Positions 9,568-17,897 of a DNA stretch of 32,000 bases are shown here, piece after piece. Origin of the DNA: an uncultured Actinomycetes bacterium. Its GTDB lineage: Bacteria; Actinomycetota; Thermoleophilia; RBG-16-64-13. The notes under the pieces are model-generated. The model was not told the DNA's origin and did not search any database. It was given only the letters and a program-made list of their open reading frames with translations. Within the stretch, counting starts at the first letter, position 1. Each line of letters opens with the position of its first letter. The position numbers and the translations under genes are program-made. The stretch is taken from contig CAWASM010000002.1 of the NCBI GenBank assembly GCA_963784835.1, positions 272,076 to 304,075 on the forward strand, given 5' to 3'.

Positions 9568-9771
9568 GTGGCCGCTACATCAACCGCGATCGGTGCTGCC
9601 GGCGGTGCTGTAGTAGGGTTTGCGGCCATGAAGGGAGCAATCGAGGCGGCCGGAATCAAGGGTGTCTCTGCGGCTGGAATAAGCACCGGCATAGCCAAAC
9701 TGGGCAGGATTGTAGGTGGAAGGATGGTCGCAGGAGTCTTGGTCGTTGCCGCAATCCCATTGGCGGGCTAG
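9568..9771 (+). CDS. Small (67 aa) Gly/Ala-rich hydrophobic protein, function unknown
   Basis: GTG-initiated ORF, divergent from abiEi. It has repeated small-xxx-small spacing (AIGAAGGAVVGFAA, AAGIKGVSAAGISTGIA) and a C-terminal hydrophobic stretch. I recognise no homolog. Confidence 0.4.
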   Translation: MAATSTAIGAAGGAVVGFAAMKGAIEAAGIKGVSAAGISTGIAKLGRIVGGRMVAGVLVVAAIPLAG

Positions 9772-9814
9772 TAAGCGCAGACGACCCTTGCCCGCTACGC
9801 TGGCTGCGATCCCC

Positions 9815-10776
9815 ATGCTAGCGCTGCTGCTACTGGGCAGCTGCGGCACTGGAGACCCCAGCTCTGGCGAGACGACCACCCTCTTGGCTCGACTGGACCA
9901 AGTGATCTCCCCAGGCAAGATTCTCAAGGTTGCTGACCTGAGCAAGGAGGGCGCCGTCGAGGGGGTCTGGTACGTGGACCCGACGGGGAAAAGACTCCGC
10001 CACGAGGAAACAGGCGCGTATACGATGGGAAACGTGACCGTGTTCGATGGAACAGGGCACAGCTCTCTCAGTGGTGCCGATCTCACAGTCACCCCGCACG
10101 GAGGGGGCGGCTACGATGCGGGGTACGACCTTCTCGACGACTTCGCCAACATGGAGCCCATCAAGACGGGCACGATTGAAGTCAAGGGACAGGGGCTTAC
10201 CATCTACGAGCTTGCCCTCCCCTCGCCTGACCCCGCCCACACCTACGCCGCGCGCTTCTACGTTGATCCCTCAAGCGGTCTCCGCGTGAAGCAGGAGATA
10301 TCACCGATGGGGTTCTCGACTGGACCCGTGAGTGTGGGGTCGTGGACTCGTCGCAGTTGGAGGTTTCCCTTGAATGGTCCGGACTTGGCCAAGAGGCGTC
10401 AGCTAGGTTGGAGAAACGCATAGCATATCTGAGCGAGCTGCCCTTTCCCGTCTTCGGTCTTCCAGACTCCTATCTCGGCCTCCATCTCGGAGTCGTGATT
10501 CCCGTCGGTGACTGGAGCATGGTCCGGCTCGAATACTTTCCCGAAGGCGGGTCACATTCGGCATACGTGGTCGTGAGCACCTACAACCTAGCCGAGTATC
10601 CCGACTATCCGAAAAGCCATCTCAACCCTCTCTCGTCCGCTTCGGCGACGCGCGATTCGCTCGGTGACGTGCTGGCGTTTGGCCAAGGTGGGGCAGGTAT
10701 CCTGCTGCAGGCCCTCCCCGACCGCGTTGACGCGAGCGCCGAGCAGATAGCGGGAGCGCTTGTCCGGGTGAACTAA
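9815..10776 (+). CDS. Lipoprotein, function unknown. One frameshift at the G-run 10335-10338.
   Basis: 'MLALLLLGSCG' is a lipobox. ORF 9716-10423 continues into ORF 10342-10776 ('...GPVSVG|VVDSSQLEVSLEW...'). Span is 3n-1. Confidence 0.6.
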
Positions 10777-10842
10777 CCCTCGAACTTATGGTGCCCAGCC
10801 AAACGGCTGAGAGCGATTCGCTGCTCGCATCGCGAGAAAGCA

Positions 10843-10917
10843 AAAGGCCCGGAAATCCGGGCCTTTCATATGGTAGCGGGGACAGGATTTGAACCTGTGA
10901 CCTTCGGGTTATGAGCC
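10843..10917 (-). other. Direct repeat of the tRNA-fMet 3' 47 nt (10871-10917) plus a terminator hairpin (10843-10866). att-type island junction.
   Basis: 10871-10917 is identical to 18541-18587. The hairpin aaaggcccgg/ccgggccttt is identical to the one after the intact tRNA. Confidence 0.8.
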
Positions 10918-11489
10918 GAGGAAATGGGGTCTCTGTTAGTTCTTTTTGGTCGACCTTGGTGCGCCAAAACCGCGTCGGAAACCGCATTTCGCCCAGTCAA
11001 CTGAGACAGAGAAAGACGAACAGAGACCATTCTCGCCGCGCTCTCGTGGGCAACGTGTGGGCAGAACCCCCCATGTGCGACCAGATCTTGTCGCTCCCAC
11101 TGGGGGCTTCTCCTACGGCTCGGGCCGCGCACGGGGGAAGAGGCGCTCCTCTCCCCTGCGCTTGAGCCCGGGGTAGAACTCGAACCCGCATGGGCACAAC
11201 CCTGCAGTGCCAAGGACCGGCGAAGGCACTGTCACGCTCTGTCTGCTCCTGCCGGATCGTCGTCTTTGCAGGGCTTTTCCCGACCGCCAACGCACCCATC
11301 TGCGCCGCCCTGCTGCCCCCTGACGGCCGGGTCGCTGGCTACCACTCCGCCCAGCAGACTGCGCAGGGGCACACGGTTCTTGACTTTCCTAAGCGGGCAG
11401 GCAAGGGATGCTCCATCGTGAGAATGCCTGCGCCGGGGAGGCCGGACTCAAGCAACCAAGCCTCCAATGAATCCGGAGAGGTTCACTGC

Positions 11490-12121
11490 CTAGTCTGCGG
11501 CGCCAAACTGCAGGCTCTGTGTGATGGCCTCCAAGTCCGGCAGGACGTTATCGTCGAAGCCCCACACTCCATCCCGCCCCGCAAGCACGAATAGAGACCC
11601 TTCGAACTCTATCCACACGTCCTGCTGCTTGTAGTAGGGCTCTCCGTTGGGGAGTTCGTACGACTTGACCAACGCGGGCAACCCGTCCACCACGGTGGTC
11701 CAGCCGGCGACGTCGCGCATTGAGCTCCCCCACTCGGCCGCCAACATCGCGTAGGCTTCATCGAACGTGTTCTGCAAGGTCTTGTCTGGGGGCAGTTCGA
11801 GTCTCACCAGTTCCACCCGGGGATAGGAGTCGCCTTGATCCAGCGCGAACAGAGGAGTGCAATCAAGCAAGCGGCCCAACGGCCACCGCATGGTCTCCTC
11901 GACGGAGGCTGATCTCCACCCGGCGGGCCAATCCAGCGAGACTCCCCCCGCCTCCCAGTGCCCGGCGGCTGTCCCGGTCGTCGTGGAAACCACTGAGGAC
12001 TGCGTGGTGGACGCGCTGGTCAAGGTGGTGTCTCTTGAGTGGCGCAGCCCACAAGCAGCACCACGAGCGGCGAGCAGACAAGGGACGAGAGGACCGGCAC
12101 CGTGTTGCTCCGCGGCTTCAT
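11490..12121 (-). CDS. Lipoprotein (possibly PsbP/DcrB-like fold), function unknown. One frameshift near 12025.
   Basis: ATG 12121 lies 8 nt after AAGGGGGTGG. 'MKPRSNTVPVLSSLVCSPLVVLLVGCATQETPP' (lipobox LVGC) is in one frame and joins 'LTSASTTQSS...' of ORF 11490-12023. Span is 3n-1. Confidence 0.6.
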
Positions 12122-12381
12122 CTGGACCGCCACCCCCTTCCCTGGCAAGCTGCTGCGGCTACGAGGTACAGGCAGACGCGCCGGCCATCAGCCTCGCATC
12201 TACCGACTTTCAGGGCCAGTGGAAGGAGGCACGTCTCGCTCCTCCTGCGACCTCATTGTATGACACACTCGAAAGGAGTCAACAGGGCCTCGGCCCCCAA
12301 CGCAGCTCCGGTTCATCTTGCAGCACACCTCTTGGCCGCGGTACCTTAGGAGGGACCTGTACCCGCGGCCTGGAGGTGGAC

Positions 12382-12953
12382 ATGCGACGCCCACGCTTGT
12401 TCGGCCCGCTCCTGCTCTCCCTGCTGTTGCTCAGCCTGCTGGTGATCGCCGGCTGCGGGGGGACCATCGCCCCGGGCAACGTCTCGGGCAGCCCGCCGAC
12501 CACGGCCTCGATGCCACCACGACTGCGGATCACGAGCGCGGGCGAGACCACGACCACGGCCGAGACCGACGCGGCCGACCGGCCTTCGAGTCTGCACCGG
12601 CATCGGACGCCACCCCGGGGTCGGGGCCTGATTCAGGTACCACGCCGACCTCCCCGGACGGGCTGCCGGCCGCGATCACTCCCGAGGAGATCAAGAACGC
12701 CATGTGGTCCATCGGGATGGGGTCTCCGGACCAGCTCCAGATCTACGACTACAAGAACTTCGGCCACTATGCGGCCGCCTACGTCATGGCCGCGGACGAG
12801 AACGTGTATCTGGTGCTCTTCAACGACGAGACCGGCGGCTGGGCGATCCTGGCCACATACACCGGCCTCGGCTGGGAAGCCGTTCAGGCCGACCTGCGGG
12901 CCAAGGCAGCGCCGGAGGACTTGATCGACTGGGCGAACCCTGGGGAAGGGTAG
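12382..12953 (+). CDS. Lipoprotein, function unknown. One frameshift near 12583.
   Basis: ATG 12382 follows GGAGGTGG. 'MRRPRLFGPLLLSLLLLSLLVIAGCGG' is a lipobox. The C-terminal part 'AFESAPASD...ITPEEIKNAMWSIGMG...' is in the frame of ORF 12318-12953. Span is 3n-1. Confidence 0.55.
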
Positions 12954-12955
12954 AC

Positions 12956-13085
12956 CGGCAGTGGTCCGGCCACCATCGCAATGACCATGGACGTATACTC
13001 GCACGCCATACCGGCTCTGCAGAAAGACGCCGCGGACCAAGTCGCCGCGCTGGTTGTGACCTGTGACCTGTACGACCTCGGTTGA
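12956..13085 (+). pseudogene. Tyrosine recombinase (phage-type integrase) C-terminal stump
   Basis: 'ATIAMTMDVYSHAIPALQKDAADQVAALV' matches the conserved ...GHssIa.Tmd.YsH... end that contains the catalytic Tyr. Only about 40 codons remain. The 3' end is overlapped by the IS inverted repeat. Confidence 0.6.
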
Positions 13086-14048
13086 CACCTTCACGATACC
13101 AACTTCTCTCTCAGGACCTCATACGGAGTCAGCCCCTTAAGCCCGGCGTGAGGCCGGTGGACGTTGTAGAACTCCTCCCAGACCGCGAGCTTCTCCGTGA
13201 GGTCGACGTCGTCGGTGTACTCAAGGAGCTGATAGAACTCGAGCTGATCGGTGAGGTGAGAGCGCTCGACCTTGCCGTTGAGGTTCGGGCTCCCCGGCTT
13301 GATGTAGGTGTGCTTCATGCCCTGGTCCTCCACATGCCAATGGAACTTGGCCTGGAACTCGTGGCCGTTGTCGGTCCGCACGGTGTGGATGCGGAAGGGG
13401 AAACGCTCCACGACGTGGTCGATGAAGTCGATGGCGCTCTCCTGGTTGTGTTTGTTATAGACCTTGAGAGCGCGGATGCGGGTGGCGTCGTCCACGGCGG
13501 TGAACTGGTAGCGCTGCACCTTGCGGCCGGCCGGATCCACGAACTTCAGGAACTTCACGTCCACCTGCACGTGGTGGCCGGGCATCTGCTTCTCGTAGCG
13601 CTTGCTCATGATCGAGCGAGTGCGACAGTTGGCCGGCAGCCGGCTGAGACCATTCCGGGTGAGCACGCGGTGGACCCCGCTCGCCGAGATGCCTATCCCG
13701 TGATAGCGCTCCAGGTACCAGGCGATCCGCCGCGGTCCGAAGTGATAGTTACGGCGTAGGTGAAGGATCTTCTCCTCGACGGGGGCCGGCGTGCGTAGGG
13801 CCACATTCTGCGGGCAGGGCTTCTTGTTCACGAGACCCGTCTCGCCATGTTTCTCGTAGGCTCGCTTCCAGATGTAGAAGCACTGCCGTGAGATCCCGAA
13901 ATGGCGGCAGGCGAGCGATACGTTGCCTGACTCTTCGGCGTACCTAAATACGGCCAGCTTGCGCCTGATGTCCCTCTCAGCTTTCGTCACCTAACAACCT
14001 CCGATTGACTCTCGCTACTCTATAGCTTGTGTCAACCAAGGTCGTGGA
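13069..14048 (-). mobile_element. IS481-family insertion sequence
   Basis: Terminal inverted repeats are ACGACCTCGGTTGACAC (13072-13088) and GTGTCAACCAAGGTCGT (14029-14045), matching at 16 of 17 positions. They flank a single DDE transposase ORF. I could not identify a target-site duplication. Confidence 0.8.
13091..13990 (-). CDS. IS481-family DDE transposase (rve integrase core)
   Basis: Intact 299-aa ORF. It has an N-terminal HTH ('ACRHFGISRQCFYIWKRAY'), 'HVQVDVKFL...FTAVDDATR...VRTDNGHEF' (the DDE context) and 'FYNVHRPHAGL'. Confidence 0.9.
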   Translation of the reverse strand: MTKAERDIRRKLAVFRYAEESGNVSLACRHFGISRQCFYIWKRAYEKHGETGLVNKKPCPQNVALRTPAPVEEKILHLRRNYHFGPRRIAWYLERYHGIGISASGVHRVLTRNGLSRLPANCRTRSIMSKRYEKQMPGHHVQVDVKFLKFVDPAGRKVQRYQFTAVDDATRIRALKVYNKHNQESAIDFIDHVVERFPFRIHTVRTDNGHEFQAKFHWHVEDQGMKHTYIKPGSPNLNGKVERSHLTDQLEFYQLLEYTDDVDLTEKLAVWEEFYNVHRPHAGLKGLTPYEVLREKLVS

Positions 14049-14056
14049 TTCCATAA

Positions 14057-14130
14057 CTGAATACCACCGTTTTACATCTGGGAAGGGGTCAATTCAGGGG
14101 TCAAGCACGTTGAAGGGGTAGATGGTGATC
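14057..14130. repeat. Conserved arm block with two tandem GGGGTCAA units
   Basis: 'ctgaataccacc...tctgggaaggggtcaattcaggggtcaagcacgttgaaggggta' aligns with 7461-7535. Confidence 0.65.
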
Positions 14131-14145
14131 TAGCGACAAAAGGAA

Positions 14146-14220
14146 AAAGGCCCGGAAATCCGGGCCTTTCAAATGGTAGCGGGGACAGGATTTGAACCTG
14201 CGACCTTCGGGTTATGAGCC
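14146..14220 (-). other. Direct repeat of the tRNA-fMet 3' 47 nt (14174-14220, 1 mismatch) plus a terminator hairpin (14146-14169). att-type island junction.
   Basis: Matches 18541-18587 except for one t>c change at 14200. Confidence 0.8.
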
Positions 14221-14466
14221 GCGGAAATGGGGTCTCTCCTGGGCCTTACTGGTCGACCTTGGTGCGCCGAGACCGCGTCGAAAACGGCACTTCTGCTCCG
14301 CGGGCTGGACGAAGAGAGACTAACAGAGAGCATTTTCGTGGGCAGCCTGTGGGCAGACCAATTGAATGACCACAGGCGCCGACCGAAGAGGCCGGACTCA
14401 GCCAAATAGGTCTCCATTGAAGCCGGGGCGATTCACGCCGGGCTGTTGACATCCAGTGAAATCTGC

Positions 14467-14985
14467 CTAGAGGGCGATCACCCGGAACGCTCTCACGTTC
14501 ATCTGTCCCGAGGCGTATATGCCGACTGTCCCGGCCTCCAGCTGGCGGTTGTCGGTCGCCCTCACTACCTCGGCGCCGTCAAACAGTAGCCGGATGGAGT
14601 TTCCATATACCTCGAGCCGGTAGGTATGCCAGTTGCCATCGTCCACGTATTTCACGCTGGAGAGCATCTCGGAGGCGAAACCCACCCGCACTGAGCAGTC
14701 CGACTGATAATAGCCCCCCTCGTAGCCTCCCCAGTATCCTTCACCGCTAATCAGTCTGGCCTCCAGGTAGAAGCTGCCTTTGCTGGGGTCGATCACCTGC
14801 ATCTCCGCTTCCACCGCATAGTCGGTCATACTTCCCAGATTTACCGGGGCGATTGAAATGGATGGCTGGGTCCCGTCCGATACCAGCATCCCGTGAACGC
14901 TCTTCCACTGGCCCACTCTCGCCCAACCTTCGGTGTCCGCCGTCCACTCGGTGATCTCGTAGACCAGGGTGCCAGGGGTGACGAC
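14467..14985 (-). repeat. Copy 1 of a ~520-bp direct repeat; copy 2 is at 15888-16406
   Basis: The nucleotide strings are near-identical through the 3' two-thirds and more diverged toward the 5' end. They encode the paralogous lectin-like domains of the lipoprotein and the TIR protein. Confidence 0.85.
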
Positions 14986-15276
14986 GGCCTCGGTTGTAGT
15001 AGTGGTGGCCGCGGAGGTGGTGGTCGTGGAGATGGAGGTGGTCGCCATGAGAGTCGTCGTGGTGGTATCCGACGCACTCGCGTTCGTCGTGGGCGTCACC
15101 GCGGTGGTCAGAGTGCCCGACTCGGCCACGGTCGCGCTCGGGCCTGAGGGAACATATGAGGTCGCACTGCAACCTGCAACCAGGAACACAAGGAGAAGGA
15201 GGGGAATCATCCAATGCGGTCGCCGTGATATCTTGCGACGCTGCAAGACGCCGTCGTTTGCCTCCCGGCCGTTCAT
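14467..15276 (-). CDS. Lipoprotein with a Thr-rich linker and a C-terminal concanavalin-A-like (DUF1080/LamG-like) domain
   Basis: Lipobox 'FLVAGC'. The linker is TTTTT-rich. The domain shows 'GQWKSVHGMLVSDG...DYAVEAEMQV...GNWHTYRLEVYGNSIRLLFDGAEVV...GTVGIYASGQMNVRAFRV'. Its ATG overlaps the upstream stop (ATGA at 15273-15276). Confidence 0.75.
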   Translation of the reverse strand: MNGREANDGVLQRRKISRRPHWMIPLLLLVFLVAGCSATSYVPSGPSATVAESGTLTTAVTPTTNASASDTTTTTLMATTSISTTTTSAATTTTTEAVVTPGTLVYEITEWTADTEGWARVGQWKSVHGMLVSDGTQPSISIAPVNLGSMTDYAVEAEMQVIDPSKGSFYLEARLISGEGYWGGYEGGYYQSDCSVRVGFASEMLSSVKYVDDGNWHTYRLEVYGNSIRLLFDGAEVVRATDNRQLEAGTVGIYASGQMNVRAFRVIAL

Positions 15277-15791
15277 TGTTGACCTCCCGCTACAGGATCT
15301 TGGCCTTTGTCATCTCCAGCCTCTGGCTCAGAAGCGATGGCCTCAGCCGCTTGCTCGCTCGACAGGGGCGGAGCCGCCTCCTGCGCGGCGTACTCAGCCG
15401 CCGGAGCCTTCGGCGCCTCGCTCTGGAACTGGGCAGGTGGGCTGACGGGCCTGGCGTTCCGCTTCCGCCGCATCCGCACCGCGAGAGCCACCACCACTGT
15501 CAAGACGATCGCCCCGAGGAGAAACCACGCGGCCAGCTTCATGAAATCGCTCAGAGTATCATCGAGACTCAAGCGCACCGCTGCCACGACGACTGCAAGC
15601 GCCAAGGTCCGGATGTACAGCTTCTTGACCACCCACACGACGGCCAGCAGCCACGTCGCGATGATGCACACCCAACTACAGGCCACAAAAGCCACCGAGG
15701 CGGCGCTCGTGTCGCGCATGTACTCGAGTGCAAAGAAGCAACCGATCGCCAGCACGGAGAACACTGCCTGCCATGCTCTAAAGACCGCCAT
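15273..15791 (-). CDS. Polytopic membrane protein (about 4 TM) with a Pro/Ala/Glu-rich tail, function unknown
   Basis: ATG 15791 follows GAGGAGTGAGAAGG, although the ORF is open up to 15851. Hydrophobic segments include 'AVFSVLAIGCFFAL', 'VAFVACSWVCIIATWLLAVVWVV', 'LALAVVVAAV' and 'AAWFLLGAIVLTVVVALAV'. Confidence 0.65.
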   Translation of the reverse strand: MAVFRAWQAVFSVLAIGCFFALEYMRDTSAASVAFVACSWVCIIATWLLAVVWVVKKLYIRTLALAVVVAAVRLSLDDTLSDFMKLAAWFLLGAIVLTVVVALAVRMRRKRNARPVSPPAQFQSEAPKAPAAEYAAQEAAPPLSSEQAAEAIASEPEAGDDKGQDPVAGGQQ

Positions 15792-15887
15792 CCTTCTCAC
15801 TCCTCTCGAACTGAGCGTCTTGTCCTCGACCCGGAGGGCGGCGGCAGACAAAGCCAGCTGCCCATCGCCCGATGAGACTATCTCATA

Positions 15888-17237
15888 CTACAGAGCGACC
15901 ACGCGGAACGCTCTCACGTTCATCTGTCCCGAGGCATATATGCCGACTGTCCCGGCCTCCAGCTGGCGGTTGTCCGTCGCCCTCACTACCTCGGCACCGT
16001 CAAACAGTAGCCGGATGGAGTTTCCATATACCTCGAGCCGGTAGGTATGCCAGTTGCCATCGTCCACGTATTTCGCGCTGGAGAGCATCTCCGAGGCGAA
16101 TCCCGCCCGCACTGAGCAATCCGATTTGTAGTAACCCCCCTTGTAGCCGCCCCAGTACCCTTCGCCGTTGATCAGTCTGGCCTCCAGGTAGAAGCTGCCT
16201 TTGCTGGGGTCGATCACCTGCATCTCCGCTTCCACCGCGTAGTCGGTCAGGGTTCCCAGGGTTACCGGGGCGACTGAAATGGACTGCTGGGTCCCATCTG
16301 ATACCAGCATGCCGTCCACAATCTTCCATTGGCCCATCTTCGTCCAGCCATCAGCGCTCGGCGTCCACTCGCTCTTGTCGTAGAGCACTGTGCCGGGGGT
16401 GACGACGGCCTGAGTGGTGGTCGTGGTGGATGAGGAGGTGGTGGTGGATGAGGTAGTGGAGGAGGAGGTAGTGGTCACCTCAGTGATAGTCGTGGTCGTC
16501 GCAAGGTCATTCGTAGTCGCCGGCAAGCCGGTAGTATGAGAAGACTCTGCCATGGCGGCCGCGGAGATGCTGCTGCTGACCGTGGTGCCCCCATCAGTTC
16601 CGCCGGCCTTTCCGCCCCCATACAGCATGACCGCGAACACGATGGCCGCGATCACCACCATGGCTCCGGCCCCAAGACCGACCAGACCCAAGGGACGCCT
16701 ATACCATCGTCGGGAGCCCTCGACTGTGCCTCTGGGTGGCGGTGTTTTCACCGTCTCCGCACGGGAGGCGGTCACGGTAATCGGTGTGTGCACCCGGGCT
16801 ACGGGCTCTACCCCTGGCGAGGCAGCACTCCCATCTCTCGCTAGGAGTAGCTGTACCGTGTCGGTTAAGTGCTCGAGGTGCCTCTCCAGCGGTGGAGTGA
16901 TCGCATCCAGCCAGTGCGTGCTGCTTATGTAGTATTCCATTGCCGCGCTGGGGGCCACGTGTTCGACCCGGAAAGGCAGTATGGGGATCGCCCTGCTCGC
17001 CGCCCTCTCAACCTCCCTCACCACATGGGGAGAGTTGTTCGATCTGGAAGAGAACACCAAGACCATGAGCGCGGCATCGCTGATAGCCTTGATGAGCTGT
17101 TCGGCATAGTCGCGGCCGGGTAGGACGTCGCGCGGGGCGACCCAGCAGCGCACATGCTTCGCCTCCAGGGCAGCGGACACCGCGTCCGCCACGGGCTTGT
17201 CCTCAGACGAGTAGCTGATAAAGACATCGTGCGCCAC
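15888..17237 (-). CDS. TIR-domain protein: N-terminal TIR, one TM helix, Ser/Thr-rich linker, C-terminal concanavalin-A-like (DUF1080/LamG-like) domain
   Basis: GTG 17237 lies 7 nt after GAGGGGG. 'HDVFISYSSEDKPVADAVSAALEAKHVRCWVAPRDVLPGRDYAEQLIKAISDAALMVLVFSSRSNNSPHVVREVERA' fits the TIR_2 pattern. The TM is 'LGLVGLGAGAMVVIAAIVFAVMLY'. The C-terminal 172 aa are paralogous to 14467-14985. Confidence 0.85.
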   Translation of the reverse strand: MAHDVFISYSSEDKPVADAVSAALEAKHVRCWVAPRDVLPGRDYAEQLIKAISDAALMVLVFSSRSNNSPHVVREVERAASRAIPILPFRVEHVAPSAAMEYYISSTHWLDAITPPLERHLEHLTDTVQLLLARDGSAASPGVEPVARVHTPITVTASRAETVKTPPPRGTVEGSRRWYRRPLGLVGLGAGAMVVIAAIVFAVMLYGGGKAGGTDGGTTVSSSISAAAMAESSHTTGLPATTNDLATTTTITEVTTTSSSTTSSTTTSSSTTTTTQAVVTPGTVLYDKSEWTPSADGWTKMGQWKIVDGMLVSDGTQQSISVAPVTLGTLTDYAVEAEMQVIDPSKGSFYLEARLINGEGYWGGYKGGYYKSDCSVRAGFASEMLSSAKYVDDGNWHTYRLEVYGNSIRLLFDGAEVVRATDNRQLEAGTVGIYASGQMNVRAFRVVAL

Positions 17238-17405
17238 CGATACGCCCCCTCTTTCACACACCGATGATCGTGGGCAACTGGACTATAACACGGTGGACTC
17301 CGGAGAAGTCGAGCCCAAAACTGACCACCCCTAAATCACCCGCTACGTGGCCCAGATCGAGATGACCTTGCCTCGGCAGGCACGGTCCACCCCGGCCTCT
17401 CCCCC

Positions 17406-17897
17406 CTATCGAGAAGTCCAGCGTGCAATCCCCAGACCTACCGAGCGAAGCAGGAGCGGTATGCGCTCCACCACTCGCCTGTCCTTTTCCTTTTCCTCCT
17501 CGGGAAGCCTCTTGTAACGCACTAGACAAGGATGAGTGCGGGCGACAGGATCGACCGTCGGCCCGAAGCTCCACCCGGCCTGAAGCTTCTCGCGCATCCA
17601 CCGCATGTGCTCTTGCCGGGACAGGCGTTCGAGTTCTCTGGGTGTGAACCTGAACTCCCCGAGAACAAGGCCATTGAGAGGGACAATCGCGGCACCGATC
17701 ATCTCCAGCTTCGACCCTATGTCATCAGCCTGGCTGCGGTTGGAGTCTCGTTCCTCCTCAGACAGACGCTCGTAGGGAACCAGCCTCCCGGCGTCTGGGC
17801 TGGCATCCCGGGATACGGCCGCCCGGGCGACGTAATCCTGATGGATCGCCTTCGCCAACTCCTCGCGCGAATGTGCTTCAAGATGGGTGGAAATCAT
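17406..17897 (-). CDS. RyR-domain protein (two RyR-like repeats)
   Basis: 'ELERLSRQEHMRWMREKLQAGWSFGPTVDPVARTHPCLVRYKRLPEEEKEKDRRVVERIPLLLRSVG' fits the RyR-domain consensus. A weaker first repeat is 'LAKAIHQDYV...LVPYERLSEEERDSNRSQADDIGSKL'. ATG 17897 overlaps the upstream stop (ATGA). Confidence 0.75.
   Translation of the reverse strand: MISTHLEAHSREELAKAIHQDYVARAAVSRDASPDAGRLVPYERLSEEERDSNRSQADDIGSKLEMIGAAIVPLNGLVLGEFRFTPRELERLSRQEHMRWMREKLQAGWSFGPTVDPVARTHPCLVRYKRLPEEEKEKDRRVVERIPLLLRSVGLGIARWTSR

Noticed and set aside
11160-11200. tRNA T-arm-like string (revcomp gcgggttcgagttctaccccggg) inside the extra segment of the 10918-11490 block
   Set aside because: The flanks do not pair into a 5-bp T stem with a 7-nt loop, and no acceptor or anticodon arms can be drawn. 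It is probably a chance GTTCGA match.
14986-15120. Thr/Ser codon-rich stretches (also 16407-16540, 26950-27030) as independent tandem DNA repeats or contingency loci
   Set aside because: They are imperfect, in-frame low-complexity linkers of secreted or lipoproteins, with no exact repeat unit that would support slipped-strand switching.
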